This document shows positions 39,654 through 51,200 of a stretch of 64,000 bases of DNA, piece after piece (positions within the stretch are counted from its first letter, which is position 1; every line of letters begins with the position of its first letter). Source of the DNA: Nitrosopumilus sp. (GTDB taxonomy: Archaea > Thermoproteota > Nitrososphaeria > Nitrososphaerales > Nitrosopumilaceae); assembly GCA_965203315.1 (NCBI GenBank), contig OZ241857.1:128001-192000 (forward strand), written 5' to 3'. Under the pieces are notes generated by a model. The model was given only the letters and a program-made list of their open reading frames with translations. It did not search any database and was not told where the DNA came from. The position numbers were made by a program, and so were the translations under genes.

Positions 39654-40310
39654 ATGTTATCTATGACGATGCCGATGGATTATGATGGGTTACGTACAGA
39701 CGACGCGTCAGAGAGAACCGACAACGTTGACGAGTACAAGCGTACCTGTATAGACTTTATCAAAGATATCTCTCATGACTATGAGGCATGGGTGGACTAT
39801 TACAAATTACCTGGTGATGAGGATGAGCGAAGACGTGCAGGCATATGCGCTACAGTCACTAGAACCAATGAATGGATCGCCAAAGTTGCCCAATCTATCA
39901 AAGCAGTAGATGTGATAATGAATGATGGAATAAACAAGATGGCCGAATCGACAGCTGGCAAGCCATTTGAGTTTGGCGTATTTGTAAACAAGATGTCAAG
40001 CTATGTTGAAGCAAGATCCGGTACAATTCCCATCAATGTAAAGGCAGTTGGTAGAAAGGATCGAAAGACAAAGTTGGGTTACCATTTCAAAGATGATCGT
40101 TTTCGTATAGAGTCTACATGTAACGCATCTCTGATTCAAACACACATTCCAGATACTGTCTTTGATCTGATGGATATCCATATAGATCTCGATGCAGTAA
40201 CTGCACAACAACGTGACGTCATATCGTTTACCGTTACAGTTGCAGAGATGGACTCATCTGGAACAGAGATGGATAGGCGTGGACTAAGTACTATTGTCCA
40301 CATTGTATGA
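39654..40310 (+). CDS. Hypothetical protein
   Basis: 218-aa ORF with no recognised motif. Confidence 0.7.
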   Translation: MLSMTMPMDYDGLRTDDASERTDNVDEYKRTCIDFIKDISHDYEAWVDYYKLPGDEDERRRAGICATVTRTNEWIAKVAQSIKAVDVIMNDGINKMAESTAGKPFEFGVFVNKMSSYVEARSGTIPINVKAVGRKDRKTKLGYHFKDDRFRIESTCNASLIQTHIPDTVFDLMDIHIDLDAVTAQQRDVISFTVTVAEMDSSGTEMDRRGLSTIVHIV

Positions 40311-40323
40311 TTGTAGTTTATCA

Positions 40324-42462
40324 TCACTCGATTATGCTGACAAACGCACCTGTGTTTTGTAGTTTTATAGAGTTGATCTCATCAAGAGAGTCTATAGAAT
40401 TCATCTTGAGATACTCGTATGACGCAGTATACAATACATCTTGGATGTAAAATGTTCTAGGATCTCTTATGTATTGATCTTTGGCTGGGTGATGTATCTT
40501 TGCCTTCTCTTCAAATCCCTCTGTCTTGTCTAATTTGTATACAAAAAAGCCTGACCACATGTCTTTACTATCTGTTGTAGTTATCTCTGAGATCGGCAAA
40601 GTGATTGGGATGGACAGAATTCCTCGCGATCCGTCAAAAAAGAATGCCTTGTGATCATGCTCTGCTACTGATTCGGCATATCTATTACCGATTACAATGT
40701 CATCTAGTACCTTTGGACTAGTGACATTAGATACATCAAATAGCGCCAGCTTTACACCAAGTATCTCTGTACCGCCAAATTGGTTTATTGTGGAGTCACG
40801 TCCTACTCCTATTACATGATCTCTGTCGTACGGATGTAGATAGTTTGAGTATCCTGGAATCTTCAACTCGCCCAATATCTTTGGTGTATCGTTTGTGAGA
40901 TCGATGACAAAGAATGGATCAATCTGTAAAAAGGTTACCAAGTATAGTCTGTCTCCCATAAACCTTGCAGAGAATATGCTCTCATCTTTTGCAATCTGTT
41001 CTAGCTTGCCTACAATCTCTAGTTGTTCATCCATTACATATACTGCGTTTGCTTGCTCAAACCGTCCATCTGTTGTCTGTCTCTCTGTTGTTGTGGCAAC
41101 TCGAAATCTATCTTGATGCTCGTCCATCGAGAACTGGTTTAACAGTCTACCTGGTACTTGACCCTTTGCGATATAGCTGATATTTGATCCATCTAGCTCG
41201 ATCTTGTGAATTATGGTCTTTAACAGATCTCGTGTAGCTCCATTCTCATACTCTGATATTGCGACACGTATCTTTTCAAACAATACCTCTCTGTCGTTTG
41301 GAGACATCTTGTTGTACGAGTCTTGCATAGCAGATGCAATCTTGGACCATCTCTCATCACGATCGAGTTGTGTATCGTTTAATATTGCACGTATCTGTAT
41401 CTGTACGCTCTCGGGCAATAGTGGTACAACCACATCAAAGAATCTCTGTTCTTCTGTCTTTTCGGTTGGTTGGACGTACTGTTGATATGTTAGATAAAAG
41501 TTGTCTTGGGATACATAAAAGGTCGACGTATCGCCTAATAGAAATGATTGGGAGTCTATCGTATCTTTTGCTAGATCGATTGCTGCAAGTATGGTAAATC
41601 CAGATAATACATCTTGTTCTTTAAAGTAGAATGCATCAGAGATATCAACAATATCTGAACCACTAAAGATTGCTGGAAATTTGGGATCTTGACGATCTAT
41701 GTGTATGCTTGTAACAAAGTATACGTGGTCTTGGATCATCCTCGAGTCCATCAAGTAACCATCTACTAGATAGTTGTTGAGAATAGCCGGTCTCTCTTTG
41801 ACGGTCACATCTATCAATAAAACTCTGGTTGCCTCTACGTACCTTTCTGTTGGCAGATAGTCATACTCTAGGATTACGTGATCAGCTCGTTCATCTTCAT
41901 AAAACATCACCAACCTGTCTCCGTTTAGAAAGATATCTTTAACGTAGTTGCCATCGATATCTAGTGCAGTTTTAAAGATAACCTTTGCAGTATCTGCGGG
42001 ATATGCATCAATGATTGAGAGTATGTTTCGGGTAACAATGTATACGTATCTGCCATCATTTTTGATATAGTCTGGTTCGTCAACGTTTTGGACCTGAACG
42101 TTTGTACTGGAATATCTCTGATCTGGTGATCCATAGTCTACACTTTGACCTTTAGATGCGCCTGAACTTAATGTTAATGCCTCTTCTAATGTGGTTGCAC
42201 CCATTTCTGCGTCCATGACTCCAGCTTCTCGCCAGATAACACCAGGCTCTATCTGAATATCTTGATTTATGAAACTATCAAAGTATGGCTTGCTGTCTTT
42301 GAGTAGCTCTTGTAAATGTTCAATGTCTCTTATACGCTCAATGTTATCGTTATATTTCTCTGTGTCCAAAGTACTAAATGACTCGTAATATCCTGTAGAA
42401 ATGTATGTACCCGTAACGACAAGTGCTATTGCTAGTGTCGCAAGTAGTATCATGTACCGCAT
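40324..42462 (-). CDS. Secreted protein with a C-terminal beta-propeller domain
   Basis: YSSTNVQVQNVDEPDYIKNDG, LLNQFSMDEH, ARFMGDRLYLVTF and LGELKIPGYSNYLHP. Confidence 0.9.
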   Translation of the reverse strand: MRYMILLATLAIALVVTGTYISTGYYESFSTLDTEKYNDNIERIRDIEHLQELLKDSKPYFDSFINQDIQIEPGVIWREAGVMDAEMGATTLEEALTLSSGASKGQSVDYGSPDQRYSSTNVQVQNVDEPDYIKNDGRYVYIVTRNILSIIDAYPADTAKVIFKTALDIDGNYVKDIFLNGDRLVMFYEDERADHVILEYDYLPTERYVEATRVLLIDVTVKERPAILNNYLVDGYLMDSRMIQDHVYFVTSIHIDRQDPKFPAIFSGSDIVDISDAFYFKEQDVLSGFTILAAIDLAKDTIDSQSFLLGDTSTFYVSQDNFYLTYQQYVQPTEKTEEQRFFDVVVPLLPESVQIQIRAILNDTQLDRDERWSKIASAMQDSYNKMSPNDREVLFEKIRVAISEYENGATRDLLKTIIHKIELDGSNISYIAKGQVPGRLLNQFSMDEHQDRFRVATTTERQTTDGRFEQANAVYVMDEQLEIVGKLEQIAKDESIFSARFMGDRLYLVTFLQIDPFFVIDLTNDTPKILGELKIPGYSNYLHPYDRDHVIGVGRDSTINQFGGTEILGVKLALFDVSNVTSPKVLDDIVIGNRYAESVAEHDHKAFFFDGSRGILSIPITLPISEITTTDSKDMWSGFFVYKLDKTEGFEEKAKIHHPAKDQYIRDPRTFYIQDVLYTASYEYLKMNSIDSLDEINSIKLQNTGAFVSIIE

Positions 42463-42831
42463 TTACGAAATTTATGAGATAGTGCCATTTAACAATTACG
42501 GATCTATGTTCTGCAAGTTGCCCATGTCTGATCTATGGACGTGTCAGCATAAATCATAAAGCGGTTTTGGCATGTAAGATCTTCTCTTGTTTTTGTGCTA
42601 TTTGTATGGTTCATGACCGTATGTAGTACAAAAAGTCGTTCATACCTACCATATGACTGAGACAGGTACCGTGGGTTCTTTCAATTTAGATGTTGGTAAC
42701 TTTAGCACAAAAGTCTCTAAAATTTTCCCAAAATATAGACATGATTGTGCGTTTCTTGTGAATTACCGTTGTCTGGACGATACATGTTTCTTGAACTAGC
42801 ATCATCTAGATCTCAATCTGCACCAAATTAC

Positions 42832-42909
42832 TGGCGAAGGTGAGAGGATTCGAACCCCCGATAATTCGCTACGAATCGAATTGCCTTATCCTGACTAGAC
42901 AACACTTTC
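42832..42909 (-). tRNA. Atypical or degenerate tRNA, probably tRNA-Arg(TCG)-derived
   Basis: Acceptor GAAAGTG/CACCTTC with one mismatch, G discriminator plus CCA, D-loop AGTCAGGATA, T-arm GGGGG-TTCGAAT-CCTCT, and an 8-nt anticodon loop ATTCGTAG. Confidence 0.6.
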
Positions 42910-43054
42910 GAATTAAAAAATTCCCTCTCACTTTCGTAGACAGGCATACGTAAGCCCAGTGAGAGGCTTGTTTATCCTAACGAATCTCGTAAGATACACA
43001 AGGGTTGACCAACACGAGTATTTTTTTTATAATCTATATAAAACTTGGGGAATT

Positions 43055-43230
43055 GGTTCTGTTAACATGGCGGGGGTTGGCATTTTATGCACAAAATTCT
43101 CGAAAATTTTGCAAAATATAGAAACGGTCTCATATCGACTATCGTAAATTCTGCTGTTTTGAGTCTCATTGTGTGCGTTCTTTGAGATAACGTCATAACG
43201 ATCTCCGCCCCCTGTCAATTGAGTCGAACC
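43055..43230. mobile_element. MITE family B copy 2
   Basis: GGTTCTGTT ... TCAATTGAGTCGAACC; internal blocks such as GCACAAAATTCTCGAAAA and GTTCTTTGAGATAACGTCATAA are shared with 25429-25605. Confidence 0.85.
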
Positions 43231-43423
43231 CACAATTTCTTATAATGCTGAATATTCTTTACTACTCTAATCTGGTAGGGAGTTAGTGATCTACTAGTCA
43301 AGAATCGTCTTAATCGATAGATACGGATGTAAACTTTTGCACACGACTATGTGTGACGAACTTGCTACTTGCAAATCAATAATCAAAGGATTTAATTTAT
43401 CAGTATCAAGTTTGTGAACTAGT

Positions 43424-44533
43424 GTGAATTTTACTAGCTTTGATAGCTTTTTTGATCTAAGTGGCGAGACTAGTCCACTAATGATGTTGGTCTGGATACT
43501 GCCTGTGATCCTCTTTGTCTTTTATGGTCAACAGATCCAATTGTATATTACCTCTGGAGCAATAAAAAAGGAGATAAAACGACTAGATGAGTTTAGAACA
43601 AAGTCTCGATTCGATCTATTGGATCAGTTGTCTGAGATAAGTGGCAATGATCATACTGCAAAGATCGATCGTTTTTTGGAGCATTTTACAATAATGCCTG
43701 TAGATATGGATCCTGCTGGTATAGTTAACAAGATTCAACATACTATACGCTCCCGTGAAGACTATACCTGTGACCAAGTATGCGAGATGTTGCCCGATAG
43801 AAACACAATTGAGATAAATCGTATTCAAACTATACTCGAGATAACGTCAACGTTACAAATGATCCATAAAATTATCTTACACATGTACCTTACTGCAAAG
43901 AAACAGAACAACTATCCGTTGATTCTTCCACTACAGATGGCTCTACCATTCGTGATGGAGCAGGCAGAAGCGATGCGCGATGCAATATCTGCACTCAAAG
44001 ACGATCAACCACTTGGAGATGGGATTGGTCCTATGGTTGTTGGGAGAATGATGTTGGATCACTCTAAAGAGACGGTTGCATTTCAAACTGTCTTGGCAGA
44101 GACTGACTTTAAAGATAGACATCTACTCTTATTGAAAGCAGAGGGTCCAGGCTCAACCGTTGGTAGACCATCTGATGCTCTTGACTTTATATCTTCAACA
44201 CGAAATATTGATGTGATCATAATGATCGATGCAGCATTAAAACTAGAAGGAGAAGATTCTGCTGCCATTGCAGAAGGATTTGGAGCTGCAATCGGTGGTA
44301 TTGGAACAGAAAAGTTTTACATTGAAGAGTTTGCAACAAACCGCAACATTCCTGTATTCTCTATTGTTGTAAAAGAGACGGTACGAGAAGCGATAACCTT
44401 AATGACAGAAGAGATAGCTAATCAAGCTCAGAATGTCAAGTCTAGATTGGAACGAATCATCTCTGAAAATACCAAAGAAGGACAATCTGTTCTAATAATT
44501 GGTGTTGGTAATACTGTGGGAGTGTCTCAGTAA
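43424..44533 (+). CDS. DUF1512-family archaeal membrane protein
   Basis: IMPVDMDPAGIV, PLGDGIGPMV, IDAALKLEGE, GAAIGGIGTEK and IGVGNTVGV. Confidence 0.8.
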   Translation: MNFTSFDSFFDLSGETSPLMMLVWILPVILFVFYGQQIQLYITSGAIKKEIKRLDEFRTKSRFDLLDQLSEISGNDHTAKIDRFLEHFTIMPVDMDPAGIVNKIQHTIRSREDYTCDQVCEMLPDRNTIEINRIQTILEITSTLQMIHKIILHMYLTAKKQNNYPLILPLQMALPFVMEQAEAMRDAISALKDDQPLGDGIGPMVVGRMMLDHSKETVAFQTVLAETDFKDRHLLLLKAEGPGSTVGRPSDALDFISSTRNIDVIIMIDAALKLEGEDSAAIAEGFGAAIGGIGTEKFYIEEFATNRNIPVFSIVVKETVREAITLMTEEIANQAQNVKSRLERIISENTKEGQSVLIIGVGNTVGVSQ

Positions 44534-44706
44534 TGTTTGCAAAAGAGATCAAGTATGTGGTTCCCTATACTGTCCAACAATGTCAAGACTGCAACGAGTT
44601 AAAGAAACGCAGATTTGTCAAAGGCGACATACTATTCTCTAAATCTGTATGTGACTTGTGTGGTGGTGTAGTCATCATCGAAAAGATCTTTGGCGAGTCA
44701 CTATAA
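44533..44706 (+). CDS. Small zinc-ribbon protein (57 aa, not in ORF track)
   Basis: CQDC...RRFVKGD...CDLC...IEKIF; its ATG overlaps the upstream stop (TAATG). Confidence 0.75.
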   Translation: MFAKEIKYVVPYTVQQCQDCNELKKRRFVKGDILFSKSVCDLCGGVVIIEKIFGESL

Positions 44707-45241
44707 ATCACATACATGTAAAGTTCTCATGCATGTCTCACGTATTATATCACATATTACATATTACATATTACAGGCGTATAGAAATTTTATTTGAATC
44801 TCCAAGTGCTGAACAAGTAGACGGTCACTAGCGTTGCATTGGCGATACATTGTATGCTGATGTATAGTACGGTGAAGAGAAAACAACTGTTGTGTAATTA
44901 TAACCAAAATCTAAAGTTCGGTAATATATTGAGATAATCTCGTCTGAATAAGACTGTTTTTGATAAATGTTCGATGTTATGCTAAATCTAGATCTTTGGA
45001 TATGTGTTTAAAATCATGTAATGTGACGATGTCTTTACAATTTACATGGGATGGAATTTTCACAGAAAAAATGCTAGATTTTATGAGGAGATTTTTAAAA
45101 GAGTCTTGTATATTGCCATCATCAGTAACTCGAGGTTCTTTTCATTAGGTTAAAAAAAATCGCACCTAGATACCACGTCTATTGAACAACTTTCTCTATA
45201 ATTGTAATTGTTTTAACTCACGTTTGCATATTTTATCTCTG

Positions 45242-46135
45242 TCATACTCTTGTAGTTACTGTCACTCCAGTCTCATTTGGAATAAATGTGTGTTCTGCTT
45301 GTGCGACGTGTTTTTCGTTGACTTCAACTAGAACAGGATATGCATGTACGGCCTTCTTTTTAATCAGAAACTCTAACAATCGTTTCGCTTCTCCTACTTC
45401 GTACTTGTCAGTAAGCCAACGCAACGCAAATGGCAACATATTGAATCGACTCCGGATATAATCTAGCAGTTCATTTGCATTTGGATCTTTGGTTTTCTTC
45501 TTCGCACTTATCGAAAAGATGTTCCTTGTGGTCCCATTTCTTACGAACCCTCCACCTTGTTTTGTGGTTACAAATGGCTCACATGCGTATGCAGATCCAT
45601 TAACTAATTTGAATCCGCCCAAAGTCCATACATTTGGAATTGACTTTCCTGCATGAATAGTATACTGATCTAGCGAGTGACCGCTAAGATTTACTATGGG
45701 CTTGAAGCCATTTCTTTTGACGATCTGTTCTATTGTTCGCCCAACATCTGATGACTTTGTATCTGCTTTGATCGTCGACATGGCTTTTGCTAACGCATCC
45801 TCTGCGGTCTTTACAAGAGTGCTGAATCTTGTATCATAACACACAGTTACTGCTGTATCTGCAATATGGCCATTTACCTGAGCGCCTAGATCGATCTTTA
45901 CTAGATCGGTATCTTTGATGGTTAGTGGATCGTCAGGCTCTGCTGTATAATGTGCAGCTATCTCGTTTATGCTTGTATTGACTGGAAATGCACACGCTGC
46001 TCCACGTTGTTTTATCTCTGACTCGATCTCTTCACAGATTTCGTATACTGTCTTTCCTACCAGATCTCTCTTTCTTACTTTTTCACGTACCTCTCCTGCT
46101 ATCTTGCCAGCTTTGATATAGTCTTCATTCTGCAT
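45242..46135 (-). CDS. map: Type II methionine aminopeptidase
   Basis: AFPVNTSINEIAAHYT, KIDLGAQVNGHIADTA, NLSGH, ACEPF and AQAEHT. Confidence 0.96.
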   Translation of the reverse strand: MQNEDYIKAGKIAGEVREKVRKRDLVGKTVYEICEEIESEIKQRGAACAFPVNTSINEIAAHYTAEPDDPLTIKDTDLVKIDLGAQVNGHIADTAVTVCYDTRFSTLVKTAEDALAKAMSTIKADTKSSDVGRTIEQIVKRNGFKPIVNLSGHSLDQYTIHAGKSIPNVWTLGGFKLVNGSAYACEPFVTTKQGGGFVRNGTTRNIFSISAKKKTKDPNANELLDYIRSRFNMLPFALRWLTDKYEVGEAKRLLEFLIKKKAVHAYPVLVEVNEKHVAQAEHTFIPNETGVTVTTRV

Positions 46136-46184
46136 ATTGTAATCTATATGATATCTCAAATTATTAACTGTATAGAATAGGTGA

Positions 46185-46762
46185 GGCGATTATTCGGGTC
46201 TCTTTGATTTACGGGGATGACATTTCACAAGGCTTTTTCTCTAATTTTTCCTTATGACCTTTTGTGGTGCTTTTTCTGTAATCATTCATCTTATGTAAAC
46301 CAAAAAGATCCTAAGGGAAAACGAGGCGACAGTGCCGAAAACAAGACAATCGTTTTTGACATATCAAAAAGAGGCGGTAAGGTACGTGTTGACATTGTAC
46401 CCGACGTCACAGCTAAAACTCGAATCAACGAACAAGAAAGTAAATGATAGTGTGATATGCACAGACAAGTGGAACGGATATGATGCTCTGATCTTTCATG
46501 GATATAATTGAGTCCGTTAATCGCCAAAAGATCTCTGCAAAAGGCGATGTGAATATCAACGGAATGGAGGAGTTCTAGGGCTTTGCTAAATTGAACTTGG
46601 TAAAATATCGATATGTGAGTTCAAAGAAATTCTTACTATTCATCAAGGAGGAGCAGCGATACAGTAATCGAAACTACGATCTGTTTGATTTGCTACTTCA
46701 ATACGTGTTGAGGCAACGCATCCTAGTTCGCATTTTTTTAAATCGATTTACAGGTGATCGCT
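46185..46762 (+). pseudogene. Decayed IS1595-family element
   Basis: Left end GGCGATTA. Fragments KGKRGDSAENKTIVF, TDKWNGYDAL and NINGMEEF*GFAK lie in shifting frames. Confidence 0.8.
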
Positions 46763-47002
46763 TGGTTCGACCTGTATGCTTTGTATCATCCGAATGTAAT
46801 CTGATCGACTTTACATATGGTTGACGAATATCGACATCGAGATGGACTATCTCAAGGAATGCTCGTTCTGTGACTTGAGTAATCGTAACTACAATCTATA
46901 ACTAGTGATACGCATCCACATTCTGCAAAATTTTTGTAGAATTTTACATATGTAAAAAAACTGTCAACTGTTCATCAAATCAATAGAACTTAGACGAATA
47001 AA

Positions 47003-47581
47003 CTATACTTTTTTTGCATAAAAATTCATTAGCGATGAAACTATTTTAATAATGTCCTCAAATCTTTCGTTAACTCTGTCAAATCTTTCATTTAATAATG
47101 CAGTATTTTCTATTTTAAATTCAGCAATTGCTAGTTTGATGCTTTTGTCAATTTTTCTCTCTGATGTGTCAATCATATCCTTCATATCCTTCATAGCTTC
47201 CATAGTTTTCTGATGTTCTTGTTTTCTCGATTCGTCAATTTTGCGAACATCTTGTCCCAATAGATCTATATGATTTTCCAATGTTTTCATACTAGCACAA
47301 AGCTCATCCTTATCTGCCTTCATACTAGCACAAAGCTCATCCTTATCTGCCTTCATACTAGCACAAAGCTCATCCTTATCTGCCTTCATACTAGCACAAA
47401 GCTCATCCTTATCTGCCTTCATACTAGCACAAAGCTCATCCTTATCTGCCTTCATACTAGCACAAAGCTCATCCTTATCTGCCTTCATCTGTTCTTTTAA
47501 TGATGTTTTTAAATTAGTCATCTCAGTTAAGAAAAACTCTCTAGTTTCATTATCTAATGCCATAACCATCACTACCCTCAT
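47003..47581 (-). CDS. Coiled-coil protein with six perfect 11-aa repeats (MKADKDELCAS)
   Basis: Helical charged ORF containing an in-frame 33-bp tandem array. Confidence 0.75.
   Translation of the reverse strand: MRVVMVMALDNETREFFLTEMTNLKTSLKEQMKADKDELCASMKADKDELCASMKADKDELCASMKADKDELCASMKADKDELCASMKADKDELCASMKTLENHIDLLGQDVRKIDESRKQEHQKTMEAMKDMKDMIDTSERKIDKSIKLAIAEFKIENTALLNERFDRVNERFEDIIKIVSSLMNFYAKKV
47286..47488. repeat. 33-bp tandem repeat, six perfect copies plus 5 bp
   Basis: Unit TTCATACTAGCACAAAGCTCATCCTTATCTGCC, head-to-tail with no spacers. Confidence 0.97.
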
Positions 47582-47733
47582 TACTATATTTAAACTTTGG
47601 CGATTAGAGTTTGTAACCGGTTATCTGTGTGTGGGATCCTGATAGTTCGCCTTTGTTTGATGTGGTATTTTTCTTACGATCTATAGACTTCGACTCCTTT
47701 TGGTAGCTGTTTGTTGATAAACGCTTTGTATGG

Positions 47734-47876
47734 TAGACTGTATGCGTATTTCTTACATCATACACGCATTTTAAAGTACAATAAGACACAGGTGTAATTT
47801 CTAGAGGCAAATCGATTTACTGTTATCCTGTTTGATGATGGGACATGGGCACTCTTAATAATGCGCATACAGTTTG
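47734..47876 (-). mobile_element. MITE family A copy 3 (inverted)
   Basis: TAGACTGTATGCGTATTTCTTAC ... GGGCACTCTTAATAATGCGCATACAGTT matches the reverse complement of copies 1 and 2. Confidence 0.85.
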
Positions 47877-48223
47877 GTATTTTGATGTCGATATTGAGAG
47901 ACATGTAAAGGCGTTCATAGTTGTACCATGTCATTGTATTTACTACAAACCTGTCTAATGGATCACTTGTTCATTGCATCTATCCTACAAATACTGGAAA
48001 TTTGAGTTCCGTCCCCACCCCGAACATTCGTTGTATTGTACATTCTCATAAATGTAGCAAAACTATGAATTTCTGGGAGGTCTGAATCAATCACACTTGA
48101 TTGTTTTTGATCCTAGTAAAGACAAACTCAATCACACACGTACTCTTGTGATGTATTGTAGTCTCAACTTGATCGCCTACATGATGAGAATATTTATTCT
48201 GGTGCGAAAAATGAACGTAAAGA

Positions 48224-51200
48224 ATGACTGACAACATATCAGATAATATTGTGATCGATAACGAAGAGGTCAGTCTCCTAGATCATCTGAACGATCTTCT
48301 CCCAGATGCTACCAAAGTCAGTATCGCTGTAGGCTATTTCTTTATATCTGGATTTGCTAAAATTATGGACAAGCTAGAGAATATTGAGAAGAGTAGCAAC
48401 CCAGATCATGTGATGCGATTATTGATCTCGCCAGTGACTAGTCGCAAGACAGCAGAGGCGTTGCTGTCATCTAATGAATCATACGATATAGTCAGTCGCA
48501 GATCTGATGACTCTGAAGATGCAAACAAGGAACTAGCAAAGCAACAGCTGATCAAGACGCTTGAATATATGCCACAAAGAGACGAAGAACAGCTTGCAGC
48601 TAAAAAACTGATCGATATGATCAAACTGGGCAAGATCCAAGTTAAAGTTTACACAAAGACTCAACTACACGCCAAAGCCTATCTGTTTGAATTAGATGAT
48701 AAAAGAATGAAAAAGGTCTCCATAATAGGATCCAGCAACTTTTCGATATCTGGAATTAAAGAACACGCTGAGCTTAATTTTAGAACAAACGAATCTAGAG
48801 ATGCAGATGCGTTATTGGTGTGGTTTGATCGACACTGGAATGATCCCAGCTGTCAAGAATTTACAGGTGAGATGGCAGATATCATAGAACGCTCTTGGAT
48901 AAATCAGAAACATACTCCCGAAGATGTATACAACAAGGCGGTTATCCACGAACACGGCGAGCTCTTTGACGATACTACATACATCGATTACAGTCCTGTC
49001 AAACTATTTGACTTTCAAAGAACAGCTGTAGTCGATGCTATCAAAAAACTTGAAAACTATGGTGGAGTGATGATTGCAGACGTAGTAGGTACGGGAAAAT
49101 CATTCGTGGGTAGTTCGATACTTCGATATCTGGTAGAGAACAACTATTCCAACCCATTGATCATATGTCCGCCACATTTGATCGATATGTGGAAAGATTA
49201 TTTGAACCAGTTCGCCATTAACGGTCATGTAGTATCTCGTTACAAGATTGGGATGAAGGATGACTTTCTGTTGAGATACATCAACTGTGATGCAATCCTC
49301 GTTGACGAGAGTCACAACTTTCGTAACTCTAACACAAATGCCTACAAGGCGTTATTGGCGTTTATGGAAGAAAAGACAGATGAAGCGATGATGATCATAC
49401 TCTCTGCTACTCCGATATCTAACGGTATTACTGATTTGAAGAATCAACTACGACTATTTCCTAGTGAGGCATTGTCGAGTATTCCATTATTACAGAATAT
49501 GACGCTTGATAGATACTTTGAAGGAGTCGAGGTTGATGGACAGCTCACCGAAGAAGGTGCAGTAAAGATTCAAGAGTTGTTAAAGTACATCCTGATTCGT
49601 AGAACACGACATCAGATCATTAAAAAATATGGTAAATACGAGACACGCACACATCTAGACAAAAAAGTAAAGATACCCTACATAGAGAACAATGATCAAA
49701 GAAACTATTTCCCATTACGCCAACTAAAGAACCCTAAAGAGTACGATGTAGACAAAGTGTACAACAACTCTTTCGAGTCCATACTACGATCTATAAAGTC
49801 ACTCAAACTTGCTAGATATGCTCCTGGCAATTATATCAAACAAGAGTATCTAGATCCGCTTCATCCTGAACATGACAAGTACTCTGATCTGGCAAGTACA
49901 ACAAAACCCCTAGTTGGAATAGTAAAGACTACATTACTAAAGAGAATGGAGAGTAGCATACGTGCATTTACCACGAGTGTAATTCGTACAAAAAATGGTT
50001 ATGAAGAGTTTAAGCGTCAATTAGACAAAGGTAGAGTTCCGATAGGAAAAGACTTTCATGATGAGATATACAAAAAGACAGAATATGACGATGATGACTA
50101 TGATAGTGAACAAGAACTAGAGTTTGAGAGAAAGATGGATCAGATCGAGTCCATATATGATATCAAGGCATTTGATGTTACTAGTTGGAAGAAAGATATC
50201 GATGAAGATATTGACAAACTTGCTATCATTAAAGGTCGACTAGTGGATATTCCCAAACACACAACTGTAGATGACAAACTACACAAACTGGTAGAACTGG
50301 TCAAGGGTTTGGGTTCTGAAAAGATTCTCATATTCTCAGAGTCTGCTGTTACCGTCGAGTATATTGCAGAGTATATGAAGAGTGTACTGCCAGACCACAA
50401 GATTGCTCATATAGACTCTAAACAGAATGCCCGAATTAAAAATAGTACGATAAAAAGATTTGATCCTAAAAATAACAATGCAGATATCAAACCAGAAGAT
50501 CAGATAGATATTCTTGTAAGTACAGATGTCTTGTCTGAAGGGGTAAACTTGCAGATAGCCAAGATTGTAATAAATTATGACTTTCACTGGAATCCTGTGA
50601 GACTCATCCAACGAGTAGGAAGAATAGACAGAATAGGAACAGAACACACAGTTGTTGAGATATACAACTTTTTGTCTACTGACAAGATCGATAAAGAACT
50701 ACAGTTAAAGGAAAAGGTAGCAAGAAAGATCAAGACAATTCGAGACGTAATAGGACACGATCAAAAGATCTTGACCGAGACTGAAGAGTTTGATCCAGAG
50801 AAAGCGTCTGCAATATACACGTGTGACAATGAGATACTTGATCCAGAGAGCGTTGGAATTCTAGACATCATAGAATCAAAGTCAGAAGAAGATGCCGAAA
50901 ACATCAAGAGGGATCAAAACAAGTTGCACCATATCGAGAACCTTCCATTTGGTTTACGAAGTACGATCGGCAACAAGAGACTACTCGTAGCATGCGAAGC
51001 CGAAGAGACTATTACAGATCAAGATGATCGCATCATATCGAGACAGACCTTTAGGAGACACTATGAGGTTACCGTAGACGGAGTAAAATCTATCTTGCTG
51101 TCAAAGTTTCTCAAAGATATGGGAGAGTATAGTGGTTTGGTACCGAAACAGCAAGACACATCATACAATAGTTTTGTTGCAAAGGCTTGGAGGGTGTTCA

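Noticed and set aside
44752-44775. (ACATATT)3 microsatellite
   Set aside because: Short, intergenic between convergent genes, with no evident regulatory position.
47286-47488. Possible CRISPR array (33-bp repeats)
   Set aside because: The units are contiguous with no spacers, lie in frame within an ORF, and no cas genes are present in the window.
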